DNA from: a virus
Lineage: Duplodnaviria; Caudoviricetes
Length of the DNA: 58,314 nt
Reading direction: 5' to 3' (one strand)
IMG/VR virus record: IMGVR_UViG_3300020043_001884
Coordinates: 1 to 58,314 of that record
The translations under genes and the position numbers were made by a program. The notes beneath the pieces are model-generated. The model was not told the origin of the DNA. It saw only the letters and a list, made by a program, of their open reading frames with translations, and made no database searches. The number at the start of each line of letters is the position of its first letter. Within the stretch, counting starts at the first letter, position 1. Positions 8,386-16,849 of the stretch are shown in pieces.

Positions 8386-9210
8386 TCACGCAGGTGACAC
8401 CTGTTTCAATTTCTTGGTCAGGAAATTAACCTGCTTGATCAGCTGGGCATTCTCAGCCTGGAACTGATCACGACTGATGACCAAAGACGCATTCTCAATC
8501 TGCAATTGCTTGACCTCCGCACGCAACTCTTCAATCGTATTCTTGGTGAATTCAGGATCATCAGATGAGCCTACCGCCAACTGAAGGGTGAGGTCATCCA
8601 CCTCGGTGATCAGAGCATCAATCTGATCGGTCAGGCGGGCAATCTCAATATCACGTTCGTCAGGCGCAGGAGGAGGCGGCGGCTCTTTGACAACAGGCTT
8701 TTGAGGCTTCGTCTTTATTTCATTTCCATGCCTGTCTGTATGGACACGCTGTATCTCTTTTGTTTCTGGCGCATTCTCAGCCCTTAACTTGGCAACGGTA
8801 GAGTGAGATAGACCACAATGTTTTCCAATTTCAATATCGCTACGTGCCCCATACTTCGGGTGCTTCAGCATCTTGACCGCATTGCTTCTCTTAACCTCCA
8901 GAGTCGGCGGCAAACCATGCTTGATGTTTGCATTCCAAGAATAATAAATCGCATCATCCAAAGTGCCATTGATCACATCACAGATCAGGCTAACCTTCTT
9001 AACATTGCGGGTAGCGTGGTAACGGTGGAAACCATCAGCCAGCCAGTATTCCTTGCCATCAAAGAACACCACTGGATTCTTGATCTCGTCCCCATACTCA
9101 ATGTCGCGGGCAATACTCTCAACCCAGTCAAGGTCTAAATCCCGATTCTGCGTGCCGCCGTCTATACGAATCACGTCCATCGGCAATGTCTTTGTTGCTA
9201 TCACTTTCAT
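8386..9210 (-). CDS. ParB/Srx-like N-terminal domain protein with HTH and coiled coil
   Basis: GTQNR, FFDGKEYWLADGFHR, SDIEIGKHCGLSHSTVAKLR; AAGGAG RBS. Confidence 0.8.
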   Translation of the reverse strand: MKVIATKTLPMDVIRIDGGTQNRDLDLDWVESIARDIEYGDEIKNPVVFFDGKEYWLADGFHRYHATRNVKKVSLICDVINGTLDDAIYYSWNANIKHGLPPTLEVKRSNAVKMLKHPKYGARSDIEIGKHCGLSHSTVAKLRAENAPETKEIQRVHTDRHGNEIKTKPQKPVVKEPPPPPAPDERDIEIARLTDQIDALITEVDDLTLQLAVGSSDDPEFTKNTIEELRAEVKQLQIENASLVISRDQFQAENAQLIKQVNFLTKKLKQVSPA

Positions 9211-9238
9211 GTCTTCTCCTTTGTTTACAGGGAAGACT

Positions 9239-9267
9239 ATTCTGCACTCCACCGACAACGATGTCAA
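9239..9267 (-). promoter_or_regulatory. sigma70-like promoter
   Basis: TTGACA-17 nt-CAGAAT upstream of the ParB-like gene. Confidence 0.6.
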
Positions 9268-9290
9268 CAGGTATATCGTCTATGTATGTA

Positions 9291-9689
9291 TTATGTGCGC
9301 CAATCCGTCTGATCCCAGTTTCCCTTGCCGTGGTTGCAATCATGGCAAAGTATCTGTAAGTTATTGATATCCATGGCCAAAGACGGAAACAGGCGGCGGG
9401 GCTTGATGTGGTCTACATTCATCACCGCACCATTGGCTGGCGTAGCACCACAGCACATACACCTAGGCGTGTATTTCTTGAGTGCTTCCATCCTAAGTTT
9501 ACGCCACTCATAAGTTTCCAGAAAAGCATTTGACTTGACATCTACGCCGCCAACCCTAATCACGGGCGAATTAGGCTTCACATACAAGCCTAACTCACGC
9601 AAAACCTTGCGCTCTTTCTTCGCCCTCTTTACATCTCTACGGCGTTGAGCTTTCGATCTTGGTTTTTTTGGAGTGTCCATTTGATCCAT
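9291..9689 (-). CDS. HNH endonuclease
   Basis: CMCCG...VDHIKP...NNLQILCHDCNHGK; basic N-terminus. Confidence 0.9.
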   Translation of the reverse strand: MDQMDTPKKPRSKAQRRRDVKRAKKERKVLRELGLYVKPNSPVIRVGGVDVKSNAFLETYEWRKLRMEALKKYTPRCMCCGATPANGAVMNVDHIKPRRLFPSLAMDINNLQILCHDCNHGKGNWDQTDWRT

Positions 9690-10140
9690 TGATGTGGGGT
9701 TCGCTGTTCTTCAGGGAAGGCTATGCCTATCGGCAACCGAGGTCGCCTACATAGCATTTCCTGATGATCCACCGACGAGTCCGTCCAGCCGCACAACAGG
9801 GGATGTGTAAAGTTGTTCGCCACATCCTATCTCCCAGCGTTATCCGTCCAACACACGGCATTCCCTAACCGCACCGCCGGGAGGCGACCTTACCCTTGCC
9901 ACCGTGTACCGCCTCAGTGAAGGGCCGGATTGGTATAGCTACTCTACAGTCACTCTATCCCTATGCGCCCGGATGGGGATTCTTCTGTCCGGGGATACAT
10001 CGCAAGCCAGAACTGTTGTGACCCTGCTCGCCCGGTACTACCCTTTCCCTGCCGCCACGACGCTTTACAGATACTCGGTTCCTGCCGTTTGTATGAGGTC
10101 TTTCCCGATAGACTCTTGCAACGACCGCCAGATGTGGACG

Positions 10141-10262
10141 AAAAAAAACCGTTAGAACAGACCCCGGTGGAACCGCGCTCCCTTTGTGGGAGAGTGCGCA
10201 CCCCAGTACGGGGTCGGAGTCTGATCTAACGGCTTTCTTGTCGGAGTTCCACGTCCAACAGT
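10141..10262 (-). ncRNA. c4/CI-like structured regulatory RNA (putative)
   Basis: 5' hairpin with GUGGAAC loop; multi-stem junction closed by CCGUUAGA/UCUAACGG containing the complementary GUUCCAC; U8 tail. Confidence 0.55.
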
Positions 10263-10268
10263 GTCTCC

Positions 10269-10298
10269 ATTGTGACAGGAAATGCCAAGGCGTGTCAA
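10269..10298 (-). promoter_or_regulatory. sigma70-like promoter for the structured RNA
   Basis: TTGACA-18 nt-CACAAT with TGn extended -10. Confidence 0.6.
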
Positions 10299-10304
10299 GA
10301 GGGG

Positions 10305-10480
10305 GTGTTGGCGGCTCCCATAGGGCAGGGTTTAAGCGGTTTTCCTAGCAACACCATATCGTCAGGAGGCTTTCGGGGCCAATCCGATTTACCGCCAACA
10401 CGGCTGGGGACTGTTGGCCTGCCCCGTAGTACCGGAGCCAATCCCCATGCGTGTTAACCCCCGTCTTTCCGGGGTGTCAC
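10305..10480 (-). ncRNA. putative structured RNA with alternative long stems
   Basis: AACACG..UGGGGAUU/AGUCCCCA..CGUGUU stem; GUGUUGGCGG/CCGCCAACAC stem; CCCCG-GAAAGA-CGGGG hairpin; no convincing ORF. Confidence 0.4.
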
Positions 10481-10632
10481 CGTTTTGGCGGGAACGGAAC
10501 CCGTCCTTCTCACCACAACGTCCCCCCTCAGGGACGTCTTAATCTTATCTATTTTGGCCGGCGGCGCAATAGGATTAAAACACCCCTGGCAGAAGGGATG
10601 CCTTGCCTGACACACCCCCAGCTCGTCGCACC

Positions 10633-11430
10633 TCAGTCGCCGCAGAAGCATGATATGCCCTCGTCCATGCCAGCAAACATATCCATCTGGTCTTTGGAAA
10701 ACTGCTGCATCTGTGCGTAGGTTGGCCGGTCACTCCTGAAGGTAGCCCCAATCGCCAATTCCTGCGCCGCCCACCAGTCAGCAAGATTAGGATTTTCCCT
10801 AATCATGGACATGATCTGGTTCGGCCCTTTGAGGAAACACAGGTCACAGTTTCCCAAGGCGGTAATCCCATCTCGAAAGGTCAGTTTCAGGTCAAACCAA
10901 GACTGTTTCCAGAACTCTTGCACCGCCGCCTGATTTACGCCGGCATCCACCAAAGGAACTAAAAGCCCCCTTGCACGCAACTTGGCCACCCGCCGAGGCT
11001 CATCCGCCCGAATGCCCACCATGGTCGTGCTGCCCTCACGGCCAAGGCTTTTCAGATACCTGTCTATGGTCTTGACCTTCATCTCCTCAGTGCAGAACCG
11101 GGTCACAGGGTTTGGCAGATACTTCTTCCTCAGGATCAGCGCCTCAAACGGCTCCCCACTCCTACTGGCAGTCTCATAGTTCACCCGCTTGAATCTCGGC
11201 TCCTCCGTGGTGTATTCCAGCCAATGAATCTCTACCCCCCAGTGCCGCTCACAATCCCGCACAAAATCCAGCGTTGCGGGGTGCTCCTTGCCAGTATTGG
11301 CAAAGCAGACTATTGCGTCATCAGGCAGGCCGTGGTTAGATTGCAACACCCGCCAAAGCATATAAGCGGAGGTTCGCCCACCAGAAAAAGATATGACGGT
11401 GGGTTCAACGATTCGAAATGGGTCAGACAC
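10633..11430 (-). CDS. PAPS-reductase-family (adenine nucleotide alpha-hydrolase) phage protein
   Basis: SFSGGRTS, FANTGKE, RFCTEEMK, GIRADE, NCDLCFLK, C-terminal CFCGD. Confidence 0.85.
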   Translation of the reverse strand: MSDPFRIVEPTVISFSGGRTSAYMLWRVLQSNHGLPDDAIVCFANTGKEHPATLDFVRDCERHWGVEIHWLEYTTEEPRFKRVNYETASRSGEPFEALILRKKYLPNPVTRFCTEEMKVKTIDRYLKSLGREGSTTMVGIRADEPRRVAKLRARGLLVPLVDAGVNQAAVQEFWKQSWFDLKLTFRDGITALGNCDLCFLKGPNQIMSMIRENPNLADWWAAQELAIGATFRSDRPTYAQMQQFSKDQMDMFAGMDEGISCFCGD

Positions 11431-11441
11431 TAGGCTCTCCT

Positions 11442-11469
11442 AAAAAAGCAGGGCGTATTTCAGCCCTGC
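11442..11469 (-). terminator. intrinsic terminator-like hairpin
   Basis: GCAGGGC/GCCCUGC stem followed by U6 on minus strand. Confidence 0.55.
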
Positions 11470-11519
11470 GAAATCCCTTAGGAGAAGCAAATGCAACTGC
11501 ATGTTGCCACTCCACTCTA

Positions 11520-11804
11520 TCAGAATCTTTTAAGAACGGCAATCGCCTCATCAATGCTGTTGACAACCACCAGCAAACCGCCCCGCCATTCATCAAAGAA
11601 CTTTTGTTCCGCTTCCGTCAACTTCCGGGCAGAAGGAGGTTTCTCGCCATCCTTCACCTCCATCAAGATGGTGTTTCCACGGAACCCCACCAGCAGATCA
11701 GGCAAGCCATTGCCCTGCGTCACGACACGCACGGTCGCACCAATAGCCCTCAAGGCTTGGACTATTTGATTCTGGTTGTCGTCGATTCTGGCAGCACGTC
11801 GCAT
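11520..11804 (-). CDS. VRR-NUC / Holliday-junction-resolvase-like PD-(D/E)XK nuclease
   Basis: DDNQ...GLPDLLVG...MEVKD...LTEAEQKF. Confidence 0.8.
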   Translation of the reverse strand: MRRAARIDDNQNQIVQALRAIGATVRVVTQGNGLPDLLVGFRGNTILMEVKDGEKPPSARKLTEAEQKFFDEWRGGLLVVVNSIDEAIAVLKRF

Positions 11805-11813
11805 AGGTGACAC

Positions 11814-11858
11814 ATCATAACACATAGGTCTTGACGAATGCAATATGTGTGTTAGCAT
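11814..11858. promoter_or_regulatory. overlapping divergent promoters
   Basis: Plus: TTGACG-16-TAGCAT; minus: TTGCAT-18-TATGAT; located at the strand switch. Confidence 0.6.
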
Positions 11859-11887
11859 TTGTTCCCCCTCGACAAAAAAGGAGAAGC

Positions 11888-12118
11888 ATGACAAAACTCA
11901 CCAGAGAGATGTGGGAACAGGCAACAAGTGTCTCGACCGACATCATCAACCACATCCAAGAGGAAAACCCAGACCTCAATCACAGGGTTTTGCTATTGGC
12001 ACTTGCAATCACCTACACCACGCTATCCAAAGGAACTGGAGTGCCCATGCACTCTGCATTGGAGTTGGTGCTAACAATTTACAAGAACACGGAGATTCTC
12101 AAAGATGACGAAATGTGA
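11888..12118 (+). CDS. hypothetical protein
   Basis: AAGGAG RBS, ATG 11888. Confidence 0.7.
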   Translation: MTKLTREMWEQATSVSTDIINHIQEENPDLNHRVLLLALAITYTTLSKGTGVPMHSALELVLTIYKNTEILKDDEM

Positions 12119-12311
12119 AGACTGCGGGATGCCAAACCCGCCAGATGACCACGAATGCCAGGAGTATGAAGACCGCATGAAAGCAGAGCGGGACGCTATG
12201 ACCACTGAGCAGATCATTGAACAGTTTGAGCAACGCCTCACCGAACTTGAGCGCCGAGTAGCCGCATTGTCAATTCAAGCACGGGAGCATTCACCATGGA
12301 GAAAGATATGA
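12105..12311 (+). CDS. hypothetical protein (CxxC...HxC, coiled coil)
   Basis: ORF in operon. Confidence 0.6.
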   Translation: MTKCEDCGMPNPPDDHECQEYEDRMKAERDAMTTEQIIEQFEQRLTELERRVAALSIQAREHSPWRKI

Positions 12312-12511
12312 ACGATCATGTTTGGACACCACCCGGAACGGACATCACAATCCTCTGGCGTAAGTTTGGTTGGGTTCCCCCCAGCGAAGACCCAAAGTAT
12401 CTGGAGAAGTGGAAGTATTACCAAGAACTTCCCATGAGATACCTCGGGGAAAAGGACAGGGCCATGTATGAGGAAACTCTGCGGCGCAACAAAGTAGCGA
12501 GGATTAAATGA
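12308..12511 (+). CDS. hypothetical protein
   Basis: WRKFGWVPPSE; GGAG RBS. Confidence 0.65.
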   Translation: MNDHVWTPPGTDITILWRKFGWVPPSEDPKYLEKWKYYQELPMRYLGEKDRAMYEETLRRNKVARIK

Positions 12512-13383
12512 AACTCACCAACAAACACAACCTCCCTCAGACATTCGTCAACGTCATTGAGCGCCCCACCTATTCCAAGGGGAAGGCTCACCTGTCTGCA
12601 ACGGAGTTGATCAACAGCCCCCAGATCGTCCAACTCAAGCACCGACACTGGGATGACATCGAAGTGGATGCCAGCGAAATGGTCTGGTCTTTGTTCGGGT
12701 CTGCCGTCCACTCAATCTTGGAACACGGCAAGGACAAGAACCACATCGTTGAAGAGCGCATCCATGTCACCCATGACGGCTGGCATCTGTCGGGCGCTAT
12801 CGACCTGCAAGAAGTGGACGAAGACGGCATCCACATCTCCGACTACAAGACCACTGGCGCGTGGGCGGTGATGAATGAGAAGCAGGAGTGGCATCAGCAA
12901 CTCAACATCTACGCATGGATGCTAGAGAAAGCCAAGGGTGTGCCCATCAAATCCCTGACCATCGTGGGAATCGTGCGGGATTGGTCAAGCCGTGATGCTG
13001 CCAACAAGCCGGAATACCCTCAGGCCCCTATCGTCACCATTGACATCCCTGTATGGCCAATGGAAGAGCGGGAAGCATTCATCAACCAGCGCATCCAGTT
13101 ACACGCAGAAGCCTACTTTGAGTCTGATTCTGGTGGTGATCTGCCTGAATGCACAGACGAAGAGATGTGGGCCAAGCCCGAGGTATTTGCTGTTAAGAAG
13201 GAAGGGGGGGTGAGAGCAAAGAGTCTGCACAAGACCATGGAAGAAGCCCAAGCCGCACTGCCGCCCAAGGGTTACATCATTGAACACCGCCCTGGAGAGA
13301 GAACCCGGTGTGAGAAATTCTGCCAAGTCAGCAGTTTTTGTAAGCAACATCAAACATATCTGAAGGAGAAGCAAAATGATTGA
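12508..13383 (+). CDS. PD-(D/E)XK exonuclease (RecB/Cas4-like)
   Basis: LSGAID, DYKT, QLNIY, C-terminal CxxxCxxxxxC; close to ERF. Confidence 0.85.
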   Translation: MKLTNKHNLPQTFVNVIERPTYSKGKAHLSATELINSPQIVQLKHRHWDDIEVDASEMVWSLFGSAVHSILEHGKDKNHIVEERIHVTHDGWHLSGAIDLQEVDEDGIHISDYKTTGAWAVMNEKQEWHQQLNIYAWMLEKAKGVPIKSLTIVGIVRDWSSRDAANKPEYPQAPIVTIDIPVWPMEEREAFINQRIQLHAEAYFESDSGGDLPECTDEEMWAKPEVFAVKKEGGVRAKSLHKTMEEAQAALPPKGYIIEHRPGERTRCEKFCQVSSFCKQHQTYLKEKQND

Positions 13384-13687
13384 CGTGAAACTTACCCGAG
13401 CAGAAGCCCTGCTCATCATAGAGCTGGTTCAAAAATCAGCCAAAGAGATATCCGAATCCCTGCTCATTGCAGTAGAAGATGAGAACGACAAAGAGCAGCT
13501 CGCAAAAGCCGCCAAGCAAAACTATGTGGTCAACCTTGAAGCCGAGGTAAAACGTTTAACCGAACTGGTAAACAAACCAAAAGTGTTTGAACTACCAAAG
13601 GGTGAATGGGGTCTGAAGAAAGACGGCACACCCAGAGCAAAACCCGGTCGCAAGACCATCAAGCGCAAAACGAAAGGAACTAAATGA
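13376..13687 (+). CDS. hypothetical protein (WGLKKDGTPRAKPGRK basic tail)
   Basis: AAGGAG RBS. Confidence 0.7.
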   Translation: MIDVKLTRAEALLIIELVQKSAKEISESLLIAVEDENDKEQLAKAAKQNYVVNLEAEVKRLTELVNKPKVFELPKGEWGLKKDGTPRAKPGRKTIKRKTKGTK

Positions 13688-14376
13688 GCGCACACGCCAA
13701 ACTCATGCAAGCCCGCATTAAGTTGCAGGGCATGGAACTACGCAAGTCAGGCGAGAATAAATTCGCTGGCTACAAATACTTTGAACTGGGCGACTTCCTG
13801 CCCTACGTTCAGAACATCTTCAACGACCTCGGCCTGTGTAGTGTCGTGTCGTTCACCCACGACATGGCCACCCTATCCATTGTCGATCTGGAGGACGGAA
13901 CAGTGGTAACCGTTACCAGTCCCATGGCAGATGCCCAACTCAAGGGCGCTCACCCCATTCAGAATCTGGGGGCGGTTGAGAGTTACCAACGCCGTTACCT
14001 CTGGATGGCCGCCATGGAGATTGTCGAACACGACATCATTGACGCCACGGCTGGATCAGAGCCACCCCCGAAACCCCAGCCCAAGCCCATTCCCAAGCAG
14101 GAGGCAAAGCCGCCCGCAAAGGTGGAAGGCAAGACAGGGCCGTGGCAGATCAGCATCACCGCAGACAAGAGCGCAAACCTACAGACATGGATTGGCGTAG
14201 TCATGGATGCCGCCCGCATAGCCCTTGGCCAAGCCCAATCCGAGAAGGATGTCATGGACATCTTCAAGGTAAATCGCATCATCTTCGACGGCCTCAAGGC
14301 AGATGCCCCAGATGACTACGCCGCACTGATGCAAGACTTCAAAACCCGCAAAGAAACTTTTAAGGAGGCCGCATAA
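13684..14376 (+). CDS. ERF-family ssDNA annealing protein
   Basis: NKFAGYKYFELGDF, IQNLGAVESYQRRY. Confidence 0.85.
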   Translation: MSAHAKLMQARIKLQGMELRKSGENKFAGYKYFELGDFLPYVQNIFNDLGLCSVVSFTHDMATLSIVDLEDGTVVTVTSPMADAQLKGAHPIQNLGAVESYQRRYLWMAAMEIVEHDIIDATAGSEPPPKPQPKPIPKQEAKPPAKVEGKTGPWQISITADKSANLQTWIGVVMDAARIALGQAQSEKDVMDIFKVNRIIFDGLKADAPDDYAALMQDFKTRKETFKEAA

Positions 14377-14664
14377 ATGGCATACCCCAACTCTGGAAAA
14401 CTTTCCGCCAACCGCTACAAGGATGGCGATCAGCGCAAGCCCGACATGGTGGGCGAGATCGTCATGCAGCGTAGCGCCCTGCAAGGCTTGATGAATGAGC
14501 ACAACGGGGACGAGATCGTCATCAAACTCTCAGCATGGAATCGCCAGGGCAACTACGGCGAATTTCTGAGCGTGTCTTGGAATAACTACAAGAAGAAGGA
14601 AGACGCCCCGAAAGCACCAGCGCAACAGCAACTCCCCGCCGATGACGGCGACGTGCCTTTTTAA
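14377..14664 (+). CDS. ssDNA-binding-like protein
   Basis: KPDMVG, LSAW, acidic DDGDVPF C-terminus; follows ERF. Confidence 0.65.
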   Translation: MAYPNSGKLSANRYKDGDQRKPDMVGEIVMQRSALQGLMNEHNGDEIVIKLSAWNRQGNYGEFLSVSWNNYKKKEDAPKAPAQQQLPADDGDVPF

Positions 14665-14673
14665 GGAGCAAAC

Positions 14674-14958
14674 ATGGTTCGCATATTTTCAGACACACAA
14701 GGAACTGGTGACTTTGTGATCCAGACCACCGCGGTAGACGTGGACACATTCATCTCTGAATTGGCAGAGGCCATGGATGTTGCTGTTACCAAGGCAAACG
14801 ACGGCGGGGTTAGCGCCCTTGGCATCCTCAAGAACGCCATGCCCATCGCCTACAAACTGTCCGGCTACAAGGCTGAAACGGTTCAGGAGCAACGCACGCT
14901 GGTTTGCGGGAACATCTCCCCCAACTCATGCGAGGTAGTGTCCAGTGCAGGCCGCTGA
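14674..14958 (+). CDS. hypothetical protein
   Basis: TAAGGAG RBS. Confidence 0.7.
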   Translation: MVRIFSDTQGTGDFVIQTTAVDVDTFISELAEAMDVAVTKANDGGVSALGILKNAMPIAYKLSGYKAETVQEQRTLVCGNISPNSCEVVSSAGR

Positions 14959-15475
14959 ACTTTGGTGGGCTGGCAGGGATGAATCCCTGTCCACCAAACT
15001 CGACAAGATGGCTCCGGCTTGTTTTGACATAAGCGGCGCGCTAAACGTTGCCACTGTCAAGACAGCATCCAGCCGGGATGGAATTGCTTTTAGGGCCGAT
15101 GTGCTTGAGCGTGACGAGATCGCTGATCGCATGGTCTATTACTCACAATGGAAGTTAACTATGGAAGCATCAATTGCAGCAACAGAGTCCACCCTCAGGG
15201 CGCAAGCCTCTGTGGACAACTTGAGAAAGACACTGGTCGATTTCCGGGGGACGATCAAGAACGACCTGTCCTCTATGAAAGCCGCCAGCGAACGGGTGCA
15301 GAGCGAAGTTTTGCAAATGCGGGACAAGTACAAGCAAGCGCAAGACCTGCTGACAAGCACCGAGTTTGTTCAGGCCATTGAAAACGCAGAGCGCATGGCC
15401 AAGGCGTTGGAATCCATCCAGCACCTAACCGAAACCAAAATCAGCGTAGCCGTATTTAGCGGAGGGAAACAGTGA
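14945..15475 (+). CDS. coiled-coil protein
   Basis: ORF with heptad-rich C-terminal half; start uncertain. Confidence 0.6.
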   Translation: MQAAELWWAGRDESLSTKLDKMAPACFDISGALNVATVKTASSRDGIAFRADVLERDEIADRMVYYSQWKLTMEASIAATESTLRAQASVDNLRKTLVDFRGTIKNDLSSMKAASERVQSEVLQMRDKYKQAQDLLTSTEFVQAIENAERMAKALESIQHLTETKISVAVFSGGKQ

Positions 15476-15645
15476 TGTTCATCGACTACTCAACACTCAT
15501 CATGGACATGGAAACCAAACTCAAAGACTTGGAGGACAAGTGTTTGCACAAGCAATACGCTGGCTACCTTGCAGACATTGTTTCCATCCATTCAAACCTT
15601 TCCCAACTTGCCGTCTGGATTAGCCAGCAACAGGAGAAGAAATGA
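15475..15645 (+). CDS. 56-aa hypothetical protein
   Basis: MFIDYSTLIMDMETKLKDLEDK...; GGAGG RBS; coupled. Confidence 0.6.
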   Translation: MFIDYSTLIMDMETKLKDLEDKCLHKQYAGYLADIVSIHSNLSQLAVWISQQQEKK

Positions 15646-16058
15646 CACAACACCCCAGTTTTGAGGCTGTCAAGGTAGCCCTGAAACAGGACAGGACGGG
15701 CTACATCCTTACGCTGAACATCCACCCCGATGATCTGGACGAGCGAATCCTGCGGGACTTTGTTGGTTCCAGATACATGGTGGTCATGGCCAGGATTGAT
15801 GAGAACCAGCAGCCCCTCAACCGGGGGGAGTTTGTTGATCCAGTCAAACTGGCCGGCATTCTGTGCAAGAGCAAAGAGTTTCAGTTATTCCTGCAAGACA
15901 TGGGAGAACTTTTCGACATCACCGAAAAGGACGCCGCCGAATGGTTGAGGCAACAACTGAAAATCACATCCCGATCAGAACTCAAGGAAAACATAGAAGC
16001 CGCCAGACGACTCTTACAAATCAACGAGGAATTCAAACAATGGAAACAAAACGACTGA
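15642..16058 (+). CDS. hypothetical phage protein
   Basis: FEAVKVALKQDRTGYILTLNIHPDD...SRSEL. Confidence 0.8.
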   Translation: MTQHPSFEAVKVALKQDRTGYILTLNIHPDDLDERILRDFVGSRYMVVMARIDENQQPLNRGEFVDPVKLAGILCKSKEFQLFLQDMGELFDITEKDAAEWLRQQLKITSRSELKENIEAARRLLQINEEFKQWKQND

Positions 16059-16357
16059 TCCCCTATTCCGTCCACCTGCCAGAGGACATCCACGCCAAAC
16101 TCAAACAGGCGGCTGGGCAACGGAAGGCTTCTGCCATGGTGCGTGATGCCATCATCATGATCATCAACGAAACATCGTCCTACAACAGCGGATACAACAA
16201 GGGCGTTAGAGACTGCGTTGCAACCGTCAGAGCCGACAAGACCGCCTGGGGGGTCATGATCAACGGTAGCAACATCGGCGCTGTTTTGGAAAACAAAATG
16301 GAGAAATTGATTATCAAGGAGAAGGCAAATGGGACGAAAAAAAGACGAGGGAATTGA
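16040..16357 (+). CDS. ribbon-helix-helix DNA-binding protein
   Basis: YSVHLPEDIHAKLK...ASAMVRDAI; start re-called. Confidence 0.6.
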   Translation: METKRLIPYSVHLPEDIHAKLKQAAGQRKASAMVRDAIIMIINETSSYNSGYNKGVRDCVATVRADKTAWGVMINGSNIGAVLENKMEKLIIKEKANGTKKRRGN

Positions 16358-16529
16358 GGCGCTAAAGCCCAAGCAAGAACCCATCTCCATCCAAGAGATC
16401 ACCATGCTGGACTGGTATGCCGCCTTTGCCCTCTTGGGTTCGTCACCCATGTCCAACCCAGAGGAAAGTGCCAAGGCAGCGTTTGATCAGGCCGAGGCTT
16501 GTCTTAAAGAAAGGGCTATACGGATATGA
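16329..16529 (+). CDS. hypothetical protein
   Basis: TMLDWYAAFAL...AAFDQAEACLKER (common phage motif). Confidence 0.7.
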   Translation: MGRKKDEGIEALKPKQEPISIQEITMLDWYAAFALLGSSPMSNPEESAKAAFDQAEACLKERAIRI

Positions 16530-16849
16530 AAAAACTTCTTATTTTCTTGGCCCTATGGTGTGGGCTTGCCAATGCAGACATCGTTGCCACGCTGAGGAAC
16601 AGGGCGGGCGGTTTGATTGTCCTGACTGATGTTTCAACTGATAGATGCAAGAACTACGCTGGCACTGCCTATTCAACAGGGTCAGATAGCAAGACCTCAT
16701 GGGGGTGTTGGTTCTCTGATGATCTGATGGTTCACATCCGATGGACGGATGGCGACACGACGGCATACCCGATAGAAAACTTTACCGTCAATGAAGAGGT
16801 GGTGAAGCGATTCAGGGAGCGCCGTAGGGGTGGGGGGCAGTCGCTATGA
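16526..16849 (+). CDS. exported protein (signal peptide)
   Basis: MKKLLIFLALWCGLANA-D; GCW motif. Confidence 0.7.
   Translation: MKKLLIFLALWCGLANADIVATLRNRAGGLIVLTDVSTDRCKNYAGTAYSTGSDSKTSWGCWFSDDLMVHIRWTDGDTTAYPIENFTVNEEVVKRFRERRRGGGQSL

Noticed and set aside
8386-9210. ParABS partition system implying a plasmid prophage
   Set aside because: No ParA and no clear parS; ParB-like domains are common in phage replication modules.
9690-10140. Group I/II intron carrying the HNH
   Set aside because: No interrupted host gene on the flanks, and no recognisable P7 or domain V sequence.
10300-10632. tRNA genes
   Set aside because: Hairpins are present, but no TTCGA T-arm or cloverleaf with acceptor stem was found on either strand.
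12508-13383. Cas4 as part of a CRISPR system
   Set aside because: No array or other cas genes; the ERF/SSB context indicates a recombination exonuclease.
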